From the NCBI RefSeq assembly GCF_009914755.1, contig NC_060935.1: a DNA stretch of 64,000 nt; one strand, written 5' to 3'. Each line of letters starts with the position of its first letter. Within the stretch, counting starts at the first letter, position 1. This stretch comes from the human T2T-CHM13v2.0 reference genome, Homo sapiens. The notes beneath the pieces are model-generated. The model made no database searches. It was not told where the DNA came from and worked only from the letters and a program-made list of their open reading frames with translations. Position numbers and translations under genes: made by a program. Below are positions 41,756 to 57,065 of the stretch, one piece after another.

Positions 41756-41823
41756 GGAAGGAAGGAAGGAAGGAAGGAAGGAAGGAAGGAAGGAAGGAAG
41801 GAAGGAAGGAAGGAAGGAAGGAA
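41756..41823. repeat. Perfect (GGAA)17 microsatellite
   Basis: 68 nt of uninterrupted ggaa. Confidence 0.97.
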
Positions 41824-44741
41824 AGTTTATTTGAGTGAAGTTATTTAACTAATTGCCATTATTCTCTACTCTCCAATTCTCCAATAGTTACAGTAATAAC
41901 TGTATTTTTCCTATTGGAAATTAGGATACAAGGAAAGAAGAAGTGTAGAAGCATTCACATGGTTATTACAGAACATATATTTAACATTAGGTCTGTTCCT
42001 TTCTAGAATATTCAGCACTTGTAGTCACAATACCCATGATATGTGAGTCACATGGCCAAGCATCAATCCACAGATTTAAATTTTTGGCTTTGGGTAGCTT
42101 ATATTACAACTTGAACTCCCAAGAATGTAGTTACAGATCTGTGAACAGGCATTTTCCATGGCCCTAGTATAACATCCACAATGATCTAAAACTGTGATGA
42201 TCAAATCTATAGACTTTTTTTTAGTTCCACATGACAGTTCCCCCAAATGAATGACACAAAATCCAGTTTTGATTCTCTTTGATTTAACATTTTAAAAGGC
42301 TGGGCTAGCTCCTTTAATACTGCACTACAACTGTAGTTTCCACAGTAGAATAAGGAGTTGAATCTACATAGAAATTATCAGCCAATAACAATAGGTCTTT
42401 GTCCAGCTGTGACTACTTCCCTGCTCTACAACCAGTCCTTATCTGGCTCAGGAAATGCCTGTTTTAACTGACAGGTAGGAGATTAAATCTACAGCTGCTG
42501 AAACACAATCTCAGCTCTGTTAGATAGGCTTTCATTGAAAAGCACTACAAACACATAATTTGTTTATGTTGTACCAGCAATCTCTGACAAAGCAGACTGT
42601 CTAGCTGAGACAAATGTGGTTAAACCCATTTATTGTATTATTTCTGCTACACAGAACAAGCTCTTAAAACACAGAAACTAGACAAGGCACAAAGCTCTAA
42701 CTGTCTAAAGAAATCAAGAATAGATGACTTCTTGTTACACTAGCCCTTTTTATACAGAAAGCATGTTCTCCCCTGGAAAACATCTATTCCAATTTCTCTT
42801 TTAAGTGAGTGGTTCAATTATGTTTATGTTTTCTGTTTTTAAAGTTCTTTTGTTCCTGCCAGCATAAACAGGCATAAAATCACCTAATCACGGAATATCT
42901 CTAGATTTAAGAACATGATGAATATTTATAGCAAGTGCTATATCACCCCCTCAAAAAATACCCATAATGATAAATTCTGATGACAATCCAACCTCTTTCA
43001 ATATTTATTGCAAATTCTTATCATGTTATTTGATTTCTTTATTTCACTTGATGAAAAAATAGCTTTGTAACTCAAAGAATATGAATAGTAGTTTCTTTAA
43101 AATTAAGAAGTTATACATAGAAATACCTAATTTTATAAAATAAATATTAATGGGAGAGATTTTTAACAACAACAACGAAGGCTGCTAGTCAAGTGATCAT
43201 GAATTACTTGCTCCAAGTTAATAATATTAACTAGAAATTGATTTTTGTTGTTTTTGCACTCAAAATCTATTCTTCATGTATACTTACTCACCTCTAGCAT
43301 TCTGAATATACTGTGTATACATAACTGTAAAATTAGTAATACTGAAGGTTAAAGTCTTTACCTACATGTATTAAATTCTAAAAATTATGCTCAAATATAA
43401 CAAAAGAACAGATGGTACACAATGTGATTTAAAAATAAGAAAACAGATGCTATAACTCAAACTTGTCAAAAATGTTAGGAAGAATGGTATAATAAACATA
43501 AAGATTATAAAACTGTATTTGAAACATGGTCAAAATGATTATTGTTAGCCACTCTCAAACATGTCATTATTCCCTAAAATCTTATTTTATTTTTCCTTAA
43601 TCATCATCATAAAACTGGAAAGTGAGAAAATAATATTCCAAGTTGGAACATATATGCCACTTGGAACTCTGAGTTAGTCTTAAAATATAGAAAGTGTGTA
43701 ATAAACAAGCTGAATCCATGGGGTCTCCCTCAAACAGCATGGATAATGAGGGGAATCCATAACAGACATAAACAAACCCAGAAAGATGTCTAGACCCCAC
43801 ATCATTATGTATGATATATGCCCAAAATATATGGACATACATTTGAATGTTCAAGTTCAAACTTGGCTTCTATTAGACTGATTCAGTCACAGCATGTGGT
43901 TTCTTTAATAAACAAACCTTACTGTTAGAAAATATTGGGAACTCAAATCATGTATTATGTCCCAGCTAGTTAAAGATGTGGTGCTTTAATGTCCTATATC
44001 CCTTGAAGCTTTCTAACAACAGACTGCAAATAACAAAGAAAACTACATCCTAGAAAAGCATATAGAAGTCTTAGATTTTTGTATTACAAGTTGAGAGCAA
44101 ATACTATACAAATCTAGCATTTCAACATATGTTCAAGAGAAAATATACATTTCCCATTAAAAATTAGAACTAGGTTTAACAATGTGGACTTTGGTTTATA
44201 TTTTTCATAATGCTTAAGGGTGCTGAATACATTCACATAAAAATGTAATGATTATTTGTCTCACTACAGTAAGTTCTTTGCCATGTTTGACATATACACA
44301 TATGTATAATATTCATGTATTTAGCTAGCTTTAGAATCACAGACTTTTAGAACTGCAATAGTTTTAGAAAGCCAATTTTCCAATACCTTAATTTTAAACA
44401 TAAATGCCAGATAAATGGCTTATAATAAAAGTAAGGCCAAAAGAGAAGTGACTTGCCAAGGTCACAAAACTTAAGAACGACCAAACTAAAGTTGGTCTTT
44501 AGTATCCAGTTTACTTATCTCACAAAATCAGATTTTCAGGGACAGAAATGATTTAGAGACTATGTAATCTGGTGACTCTAACCTGGAAAGAAGCTCTAGT
44601 GAGCTTTTTCTGAAATATATATATATGCCTTCTCCTTCCCTGCCCAGAATACAGCTTAGGCCTAACTACTACATTTGACAGAGGAAATACTTGAGGCACA
44701 TAGGGATAGTGTGACTTGCCGATGGTGACATAACCTGGTGA

Positions 44742-45113
<372 letters not shown>

Positions 45114-45499
45114 ATCTTTATCTCTTTTTTAAGGTAAAACTTAAATACAAACATACCCTCTTTCTGTCCTCAACTTTAGCCTAAATATGTTTTCTTAAAC
45201 ATAAACCTACATCATGTAAAGAGGATGAAAGCAAATCTCACTTCTGGCAAAATTGATACAAAATTTTATTTTCTGATAATTGCCTCTCTTCCTCTTTTTT
45301 TTCCCACTTCCCATCACAACTTTATATGCTGTGACATACATTAAAATCTTCTATTATTCTTTTTTAATGTGAAAATAGTAACTTCTCCACTCATATTCCT
45401 CAAAATATACAGAGCTTTACAAAGATAGCTTTTAACAAAATATAAATTGAATTATTTTCCCAAGGGTTAAGGTACTAGTTTTAAAAAGCATACAAGTGA

Positions 45500-48000
45500 G
45501 CAGACTAAATAGAATGTAACAGTATGTAAAAAGGATAAGACATCATGACCAAGTGAGGTTTATTGTGGGAACGCAAGGTTGGTTTCAACTTTGAAAATCA
45601 ATCAATATAATTCATCATAATAAGAGAATAAAGGAGCAAAAACATAAGGTCATTTCAATAGGTGCAGAGTAACACTTGAAAAAATTTAACACTTATTCAT
45701 GATTTAAAAAAATAACTTTCAGCAAATTTAAATAGAAGGAAGCTTCCTCAATCTGATTAAAAGTATATTTGAAACACCTACAGCTAATATCATAATCAAT
45801 AATAGTGAAAGGATCCTTGCTTTCTACCTAAGATCAGACAAAATAGGCAATAATGTCTACTCTCACCACTTCTAATCAATATTGTACTGGATTTCCTCAT
45901 CAGTCCAATAAGCAAAGGGAAATAAATAAAATGCACACAGTGTGGAAAGAAGTGACATTTATTTTATCTGCAAAAAATATAATCATAATCATAGAAAATC
46001 TTAAGAATTTTTTTAAAGTGGCCAGAACTAATAGTAAATTAAGCAGTCACAACATAAAAGGCCAATAACAAAAATAAATTGGCTTTCTATATACTAGTAA
46101 TAAACAATTAGAAAAAAATTATAACTCCATTTACATTAGCATAAAAATAAAATAGAAAATTTTAACCAAAGTTTATAAGACCTCTACACTAAAAGCTATG
46201 AAACATTATAAGGATAATGTACAACATGAGGACTATAGTTAATATTGTATTGTACACTGAAAATTTGCTAAGAGAGTAGAGTGTAAGTGTTCTTACCACC
46301 CAAAAAAGGTAACTATAAAAGGTGATGGGTAGGTTAATTTGCTTAACTGTGTTAGTAATTTCACTATGTTTATGCATATCAAAATAGCATATCATACACC
46401 ATAAATATATACAATTTTTTGAAAATTACAAAGGAAAATTTTGAAACACTAAAATAAATGGAGACATACAACATTCATGGAATGAAAGACTCAATAGTGT
46501 TAAGACAGCAAGTCTCCTCAAACTGATTTATAGATTCAACACAACTCAAATCAAAATTCCAGCAGGACATTTTGAATATAGTATGAAGCTGATTCTAAAT
46601 TTGATATGAAAAAAAATAGTCAAAACAATTAAACAAATAAAATTAGTTAAGTATAGTAAGATGTCAAAACTTACTATAATGCCATTTAGGTATTAGGATG
46701 GTATTGGTTTAAGGATGGACATATAAATCAGTGGACCAGAATACAGAGTCCAGAGGTAGATCCACACCTATTTGGTCAATTGATTTTCATAATGATGTCA
46801 AGATAATTCAGTGAGAAGATGATAATCTTTAAAATAGGCTTTGCTATAAATAGGTATCTGTAAAGGAAAAAGATGTCTGGACTCTTATCTTATACACAAA
46901 ATTTAACTCAAAATGCACTAAAACCTAACCATAAGACCTAAAACTGAAAAACGTCTAGAAGAAAACATAAGAGAAAATCTTTGTGACATTGTATTAGGCA
47001 AACATTTAAAAACAGAACAAAAGCGTAAACCAGAACAGAAAAAAAAAATGGTAGAATGGGTGTCATTAAAATCGTAAACTTTGCTCTTTAGAAGACATGG
47101 TTAAAAAGCTAAGCCACAAAGTAAGAGAAAATATCTGCCAAAAAGAAAAAAAAATAAAGGACTTGTATTCAGAATAATTAAGAAAAACTGGTACAACTCA
47201 ATAATAAGTCAAATAAATTTATAAAACTGGAATCAAAGAGTTGAATAGACAATTCACAAAAGAAAATATATGAGTGGCCAATAAGTATATGACAGGATGC
47301 TCAACATCACCCATCACCCAAGAAATGAAAATCAAAACCACAACAAGATACCCCTAAAATCCACTAGAATGGTAAAAATTTAAAGGATTAATAATGCCAA
47401 GTGTTGGTGAGGATGCAGAACAACTAGAACTTTCATACATTGCTGGTTGGAATTAAAAATGATATAGCCACTTTCTTTTACAGAAATTTCTTAAAGAAAC
47501 ACAATTTCCATAAAGCCCTACAATTAATCCACTCTTAGCTACACAAGAAAAATGAAAACATATGTCTGCATAGACTTGCAATAGTACTCCTAAAAGCCAA
47601 TAGCTGAAATCAACTCAATGACCATTAACTGGAGGAAGGCTAAACAAATTACAGTAAGTCTATTCTATGGAATACTACTTAGCAATGTAAAGTAACAAAA
47701 TATTGACATACCCAATAACATGAAAAATCTAAGAAATATAAGAATAAATGAAATACATCTAACAGAAAAGACTATTTATTGTATGATTCAATTTATATGA
47801 AGTCTTAGAAAAGGCAAAAATATAGTGATATCAATGAATAGGCCCAGGGTTTCAATGGGGGATGCTAACTGCAGAGGACACAAGGAAACTCTTCGGGACT
47901 AAAAGTTACATATGGCTCTATACAACTTCCAGAATTCATCAAACACTTAAAATGGATGAATTATTGTGTGTCATTTATATATCCATAAAGCAGGAAAAAA
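45500..48000 (+). mobile_element. Old L1M (L1ME/MD-like) ORF2 plus 3' UTR, with a nested L1MA-type 3' end at ~46210-46430
   Basis: Highly degenerate ORF2 (catcatgaccaagtgaggtttatt…; gaaaacataagagaaaatctttgtgac). The nested piece tacaacatgaggactatagttaata…aaatttgctaagagagtaga is an L1MA 3' end. Confidence 0.8.
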
Positions 48001-48171
48001 ATTGTCCTATAAAGCAGGCATTACTTCATTACTTTCCCATTTTATATATGAGATGACTGTGATTAAGGAAAATTATGTAATTTACCTAAGACTATACCAA
48101 GCAAGTGGCAGAGCCAGAATTCAAGCCTATATCTACAGCCTATAATTTCCAAAATTTTACAGCTGCTTCTC

Positions 48172-48261
48172 AAAAAAAAAGAAAGAAAGAAAGGAAGGAA
48201 GAAAGAAAGAAAGAAGGAAGGAAGGAAGGAAGGAAGGAAGGAAGGAAGGAAGGAAAGAAAA

Positions 48262-48321
<60 letters not shown>

Positions 48322-48324
48322 AAA

Positions 48325-48368
<44 letters not shown>

Positions 48369-48371
48369 AAA

Positions 48372-48441
<70 letters not shown>
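48172..48441. repeat. Compound purine microsatellite: (GGAA)10 at 48216-48255 followed by long (GAAA)n
   Basis: About 270 nt of pure A/G. Confidence 0.97.
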
Positions 48442-48442
<1 letters not shown>

Positions 48443-49552
48443 CAAGCTTATCTTTGTATCTAGGAAGACATTGGCATGATAAAGGTTTTTCTTTCTCTTT
48501 TGTGGGTAAAGGTGGGTACTTATTAACATCATCTTTAGAAAAAGGGAAATTCTACTTTAGCGTTAAACAGAAAAGGGGTTCCATTGGGAAGTCTGGGCTC
48601 ATTCTATATCCCTCTTGAGCTATCGGGTTACCTTTTTTTTTTTTTTTTGTTCCATTTACACTAACTTGTCACAATGACAGCCTTGTCCTACCTGTTTTTA
48701 GCTTTGAATGAAAAGCAATTTTATACCACAAGGACACACAAAATCCACCAAGTACTGCAAACCTGAGCAGCCTATTCCTTCATCTCACAAGCTGATCTCT
48801 CAGAATGGCATAACACTAGCATACAGATGAACAAAGCAAGAGTAGGCAGATTTCAATCCTTCTTTTATAGTTTTATTTCATTGAACAGTAAAAAGTATAT
48901 TATTCATTCAGAGACAGTTGTGATATGGTAAAATAGGCCCTGGAATAAGAGAATTGATGTTAAAAGATCTAACTCAGACCCCAGTAACATAAAAAAAAAT
49001 GGCCTAATTTTGGTTTTCTTATTAAAAGAGGGTATTGCAAAGAGAAAATGATGTAAAGTGCTTAGTACATAGTGGACATTATCCAGTGAATTTAAATGTA
49101 ATTATTTCAAAATAGTTCAGTGCTCTCCTAAACAAATGGGGCAAACCCCTTTTTGGAGAGTGTTTCAGAATCATGGTGTCTGTGGATATGTATTCTTCAT
49201 GTTCTCCTTCTCTAGAGATTCATTATGCCCTGAAGGAAAGGGTGGCCCTACCCCACTGCTACAGTTGCTTTTCAAGGAATACATTTTGGGGTGGTAGGTG
49301 TATGTGACTTGAGAATCATCAAACCATGTTTGTGAGTGTAGGTAGGAGAAAAAACTCTGAGGAACAGAGCTGGGTCTATGCTATCCTATAAAGATTTTCC
49401 ATAAGAGCACTGATTAGAGAAGAATCTCTCAAGACAAAAATACCAATATTTTCACTAAAATATCTAAGGGAGGGTAACAGGAAAGGTTCTGAATTATCTT
49501 ATGAGGCACAAAAATAAAAGGGAGAGACCAAAGACCTAAGGACAGATACTAA

Positions 49553-49921
<369 letters not shown>

Positions 49922-49984
49922 TATTATACAGTTTTAAGCCACTATGGTAATTACATTGGTGATGATAATAATGATTATAGTAAT

Positions 49985-50235
49985 AAAGGCTACACTGATA
50001 TAGTATTGGCAATGTGCCAGGCACTTTTTTAAGTGCTTTACATGCATTAACACATTTAATTCTCAAAACATCTTCATGAGGTAAATACTGTTATTTTCCC
50101 CATTTTACAGATGAGGCACAGAAAAGCTTAATAGCTTGCCTCAAGATCAGGCAGCTATTAAGGGGATGGTCCAGGATTTGAATCCAGGCAGTCTGCCTCC
50201 AGAATCCTACTTTTAACCATTGTTCCATATTGCCT
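49985..50235 (-). mobile_element. MIR
   Basis: atgtgccaggcact…cccattttacagatgagg…ggatttgaatccaggcagtctgcctccaga. Confidence 0.88.
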
Positions 50236-51957
50236 AATGATGCTGAGATTTTCAAGACTGGGGCCCTGGGCCACGTTGTAGGAGTGAGAGTAGTGAGGAA
50301 AGGGGAAATGAGAGGGAAGTAAGGAAAGCCTTGAAAACTTCTTGAAGAAGGTGTGTATAGTTTGAATTAGTATGTACAGGTATACCTCATGTTATTGTTC
50401 TTTGCTTTATTGCACTTCACAGGTAATGTGTTTTTACAAATTGAAGGTTTGTGGCAACCCTGGTCAAGCAAGCCTACCAATGTCATTTTTCCAACAGTAT
50501 GTGCTCACTTTGTTTCTTTGTGTTACCTTTTGGTAATTCTCGCAATATTTCCAATTCTTTCTTATTATTATATCTGTTGTAGTGATCTGTGATCAGTGAT
50601 CTTTGTTGTTACTATTGTAGTTGTTTTGGGACACCATAAACCACACCAGTGCAAGAGAGTAAATATTGCATGCGTTCAGGCTGCACCACTGACCAGCTGT
50701 TCCCCTGTCTCTCTCCCTTTCCTTAGGCTTCCCTATTCCCTGAGACAACAATATTGAAATTAGGCCAATTAATAACTCTACAATGGCCTCTAAGTGTTCA
50801 AGTGAAAGGAAGAGTCACACATCTAGAACTTTCACCACTAGAGAGAAGAAGTCAATGCCTGGCTTCAACACTTCAAAGGACAGGCTGACTCTCTTGGGAG
50901 GGGCTAATGCAGCTAGTGACTTTAAGTTGAAGCCAATGCTCATTTACCATTCTGAAAATCCTAGGGTCCATAAGAATTATCTTAAATTTACCTTGCCTGT
51001 GCTCTATAAGTGGAAGAACAAAGCCTGGATGAAAACATATCTGTTTACAGCATGGTTTACTGAATATTTAAGCCTACTGTTGAGACCTACTGCTCAGAAA
51101 AAAAAAGATTCCTTTCAAAATATTACTGCTCATTAACAATGCAGATCACCCAAGAACTCTGATGGAGATACACATGGAGATTAATGTTGTTTTCATGCCT
51201 GCTAACCCAACACTCATTTTGCAGTCCATGGATCAAGGAATAATTTCAACTTTCATAACATTACTTCAGAAATATATTTCATAAGGCTATAGCTTTCATA
51301 CATAATGATTCCTCAGACAAATCTAGGCAAAATAAATTGAAAACCTTCTGGATTTGCCATTCTAGATGACATTAAAAACATCTGTGATTCTTGGGAGATC
51401 AAAATATCAACATGAACAGGAATTTGGAAGTTGATTCCAACCCTCATGGGATGATTTTGAGGGGTTCAAGACTTCAGCAGAGAAAATAGTTGCAGATATG
51501 GTGGAAACAGTAAGAGAACTAGAATTAGAAGTGGAGCCTGAAGATGTGACTGAATTATTTCAGTCTTATAATAAAACCTTAATGGATGTGAAGTTGCGCC
51601 TTATAGGTGAGCAAAGAAGCTGATTTCTTGAGAGATAATCTACTGAGTGAAAATGGTATGAACATTGTTGAAATAACCACACAAGGTTTAGAATATTACA
51701 TAAACTTAGTTGATAAAGCATGTAAGGCTTTGAGAGGATTGAAAGATGTTCTACTGTGGGTAAAACGTTATCAAATAGCATTACATGCTGCAGAGAAATC
51801 TTTCGTGAAAGAGTCAATTGATGCAGCACTTTCATGGTTGTCTTATTTTTAGAAACTGCTACAGCTACCCAATCTTTAACAACCACCACCCTGACCAGCC
51901 AGCAGCCAAGACCCTCCACCAGTAAAAAAGATTATGACTTGCTGAAGGCTCAAATGA

Positions 51958-52233
<276 letters not shown>

Positions 52234-52344
52234 TAGCAATATAGTATTTTTGGATTAAGGTATGTACATTGTGTGTGTGTGGTTTTTTTTTTTTTTTTTT
52301 GACATAATGCAATTGCACACTTAATAGACCACAGTATAGTGTAA

Positions 52345-52673
52345 CTTTTTTTTAAGAGACAAGGTCTCACTTCGTCACCCAGGCTGGAGTTCAGTGGTGG
52401 AATCATAGCTCACTGCCACCTCAAACTCCTAGGCTCAAGGTATCTTCATGTCTCAACCTCCCAAGTAGCTGGGAATATAAGCACATGCCTAATTTTTGAA
52501 AATTTTTTTGTAGAGATATGGTCACACCCAACTAATTTTTTAAAAAATTTATTGTAGAAATATAGTCTTGCCATCTTGCCCAGGCTGATCTCAAACTCCT
52601 AGGCTCAAGCAATCCTCCTGCCTCAGCCTCCTACAGTGCTGGAATTATCGGTGTAAGCCACCAAACCCAGCCA
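52345..52673 (-). mobile_element. AluJ inside Tigger1, with a duplicated linker region
   Basis: J-type ctcctaggctcaag in both arms; ctaattttt…tgtaga.atat.gtc occurs twice. Confidence 0.88.
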
Positions 52674-53090
52674 ACATAACTTTTATATGCATTGGGAAAC
52701 CAAAAAATTCATGCAACTCATTTTATTATGAAATCCACTTTATTGTGGTGGTCTGGAACAGAACCTGAAATGTCCCTGAGGTATGCCTACATAAGTATAT
52801 AGTCTCTCCAGACCATAAACCAATTTTCATCAACATGTATTTGTGATTCTGGTTTTACTTTGCCTGTTGTAAGAAAAATGAAGCAGAGCATTCAGTATCA
52901 TGTTACAAGTGATGAGCTTTGTGCTCTGACTTCTACACTGTCTAAGAAAAACTCACAAATACTTAAAATAAATAATATGTGCCTTGGAAGATAAAAATAA
53001 TTTTTGTGTTGCAACATTAATCTAATCTGAACTTTCTGTAACATTAAAGAATTGTACAAAGTGTTTGTGTTTATCTAAAGAGCATGTGGG

Positions 53091-53571
<481 letters not shown>

Positions 53572-53620
53572 TCAAGGTGAAAACTATCTAAAAGATATGG
53601 AAATTATCTGACAAAATGTC

Positions 53621-53982
53621 TGATATGGTTTGGCTGTGTCCCCACCCAAATCTCATCCTGAATTGTAGTTCCTATAATCCCTACGTGCCATGAGAGGGAC
53701 CAGGTGGAGATAATTGAATGCTGGGGGCAGTTCCCCCCATCCTGTTCTGGTGATAGTGAGTTAGTTCTCAGGAGATCTGATGGTTTTATAAGGAGCTTCC
53801 CCCTTCGCTGGGCACTCATTCTCTCTCCTGCCACCCTGTGAAGATGTGCCTTCTGCCATGATTGTAAGTTTCCTAAGGCCTTCCCCAGCCATGCAAAACT
53901 GTGAGTCAATTAAAACTCTTTTCTTTATAAATTACCCAGTCTCAGGTATGTCTTCATAGCAGCATGAGAAGAGACTAATACA
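53621..53982 (+). mobile_element. THE1 (THE1B/C/D-like, ERVL-MaLR) solo LTR
   Basis: tgatatggtttggctgtgtccccacccaaatctcatc … gactaataca with TG…CA termini, about 360 bp. Confidence 0.93.
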
Positions 53983-54451
53983 ATTACACACTATGCAAAT
54001 ATATACATATTTCTTCACATTTACTATAGATACCTACCAGTAAACCAGGAATTTTTAAAATTTGGGGCTTTGCCATAGTTCTACATATAGAATTGCTTCT
54101 AGGAATAAAGAAGCTTAATGAATTACATATTTAATGTCTACATTCCAAAAAATAAGTGCTAGATAGTTCCATACTTAACTAATCTATACAACAACACTAT
54201 TCAGTGGGGCATCATTTTGCCCCTTTACAGTCTAAATAAACAGTGCCTCATAAAGGTTAAGTCTAAAGAGTTTCTAAAAAGAGCCAGGATTCAAAAAATC
54301 AAGTGATTCTGATGCCTTCACTTTTGTTATAACTGTCCCAATATATCCTTTATAGCAATAAGATCCAATCCAGAATCATGTGTCATCATGCCTTCTTAGT
54401 ATCCTCCAATCTGAAATACTCAGTTCTTCCCTGATCTTTATAACCTTAAAA

Positions 54452-54908
54452 ATTTTTTTGTTGTTGTTTTTATTTTTTTATTTTTTTTATTTTATTATTA
54501 TTATACTTTAAGTTTTAGGGTACATGTGCACAATGTGCAGGTTTATTACATATGTATACATGTGCCATGTTGGTGTGCTGCACCCATTAACTCGTCATTT
54601 AGCATTAGGTATATCTCCTAATGCTATCCCTCCCCCCTCCTCCCACCCCACAACAGTCCCCAGAGTGTGATGTTCCCCTTCCTGTGTCCATGTGTTCTCA
54701 TTGTTCAATTCCCACCTATGAGTGAGAACATGCGGTGTTTGGTTTTTTGTCCTTGCGATAGTTTGCTGAGAATGATGGTTTCCAGTTTCATCCTTGTCCC
54801 TACAAAGGACATGAACTCATCATTTTTTATGGCTGCATAGTATTACACGGTGTATATGTGCCACATTTTCTTAATCCAGTCTATCATTTTTGGACATTTG
54901 GGTTGGTT
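54452..54908 (-). mobile_element. Young 5'-truncated L1PA (PA2/PA3-like) 3' end, nested in an old L1M 3' UTR (~54340-55880, minus)
   Basis: ttatactttaagttttagggtacatgtgcacaatgtgcagg…ggacatttgggttggtt, preceded by a T-rich tail. Confidence 0.92.
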
Positions 54909-55888
54909 TTGGAGATTTCAAGACAGTTATTTTGTAGACTGTACCTAAACTTTTTTCCTAATGTTTCCTTATGATTAGATTCAGGTAATACATTTTTGTC
55001 AGACATATCACCAGAAGCGATGCTGTGCTCTTCTCAATATATCCCATCAGGTAATATACATCAATTTATCCCATCACTGTTAATGTCGCCTGAGTAATAT
55101 AGTATCTACCAGGTTTTTTCCACTATCGTGTTACACTTTTTTTCTACATTTTCCTAAGTACTGTGTGGGGAGATACTTTGAGACTATGTGAATGTATCGT
55201 TCTTTATCCAGCTCTCACCCAATAGTTTTAGCATCCCTTCATGTTTCTTGTCAGAATTCATTATTACTATGATGGTTGCCACGTGACTTTCTTTCTGTAA
55301 TGTCTTGTATATTTATTAGTTGGCACATTAAGGAAGAGCTTTCTCTTCTCTTTTATTTTTTCATTTATTCATAAATACATCAGGTCAGTTCATGAATCCA
55401 TGTTCTATTCAATAGGATAAATCCATTATTATCATTTTTGATGCCTAAATTGCACCATATATGGACACAGGTTACCCCTTCAAGCTGGATGCTTTATCCT
55501 TTTGTTATGCTCTTAAAATTCTTTAAGCACCTCCTCACTTTCTGGAATAATAAAATATTCCAGACTTATCTTGTATTTTCCCTTCCCCAGACCAGATTCA
55601 GAAGCACAGTTTTTAGAAGCCAAGATCTCGGTGTGATGTGTTGATATTACTATTGGAGTGTATTTTGCTTCTAAGCTGCCTCACAGAGCTAAGAAATATA
55701 TTTAGATGTATTATACATATTCACACACATTTATACTTCTCTCTATATAGATATGGACATATATATATAAAACCACAAAGTCACTTTGATACTTCTAATT
55801 CCAATATAATACCACAGAGTTTATTCTTATTTTCCTTCATTTCATATTTGTAACTCTTTTCTAAAAGTAAAAAACCTGGCTCATATAT

Positions 55889-55919
<31 letters not shown>

Positions 55920-56619
55920 TATGACATACGGGAGATAGGAAAAATAAGTATATGTGTGTGTGTATATTTATATGTGTATATGCACACACACATACATGCA
56001 CACATACATACATATGTATATTTATTTTCTCTCTATCTCTTACATATTACCAACCAATCTCCTCATCCTCCTGAGCCACTTCCCCACTTGACAACCTTCA
56101 TCCAATAGGACCCAACTCTTGTTAAGCCACCACTATGAGAAGCCACTTTCCTAATAGGATCTTCAAACCCCACTGAGCTGCCACCCAACTCAGGAGCCTT
56201 CCACAATTGGTCCTGCTTAATGGCATTTCAACTGAATGAGAAAGGGAGGAGGAAAAGTGGAAGAAAAGCCCTAATATGTTTTATGTTCCTACTTCCTTTT
56301 AATTAGACACTACTGTTTCCTCCCTTTCATTTAACTGGGAGGCAGCATTATATTGTATAGTAGAAAGATCACAAGTTTTGAAGCCACAGAGACCTAAGTT
56401 TGATACCTGGCTCCAACTAATTAGATGATAACCTTAGCTTCCTCACTTGTCAAATGGTGATAAAATCCATATCATTGCATATTTATGAATATTAAAGAAA
56501 ATGAACATAATGTGGTTCAGTGTCTGGCAGATAAGACCATAAATCGTAACTATTGTTAAATTGTTAAACTTTAAAGGTAAGCACAAAAATAAAGGCATGT
56601 ACATGACTAATTAAACCTA

Positions 56620-57065
<446 letters not shown>

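Noticed and set aside
43283-43297. Strong minus-strand donor-like site GAG|gtgagtaagta (similar site at ~15737)
   Set aside because: I could not identify a convincing upstream acceptor or reading frame. Decoy donors are common in long introns.
48105-48532. K/E/R-rich 124-aa ORF and F/L/S-rich 120-aa ORF
   Set aside because: Both are translations of the (GGAA)n/(GAAA)n microsatellite.
53875-53895. PRDM9 hotspot motif in the THE1 LTR
   Set aside because: The sequence is ccttccccagccatg, lacking the T and final C of the hotspot-associated CCTCCCTAGCCAC.
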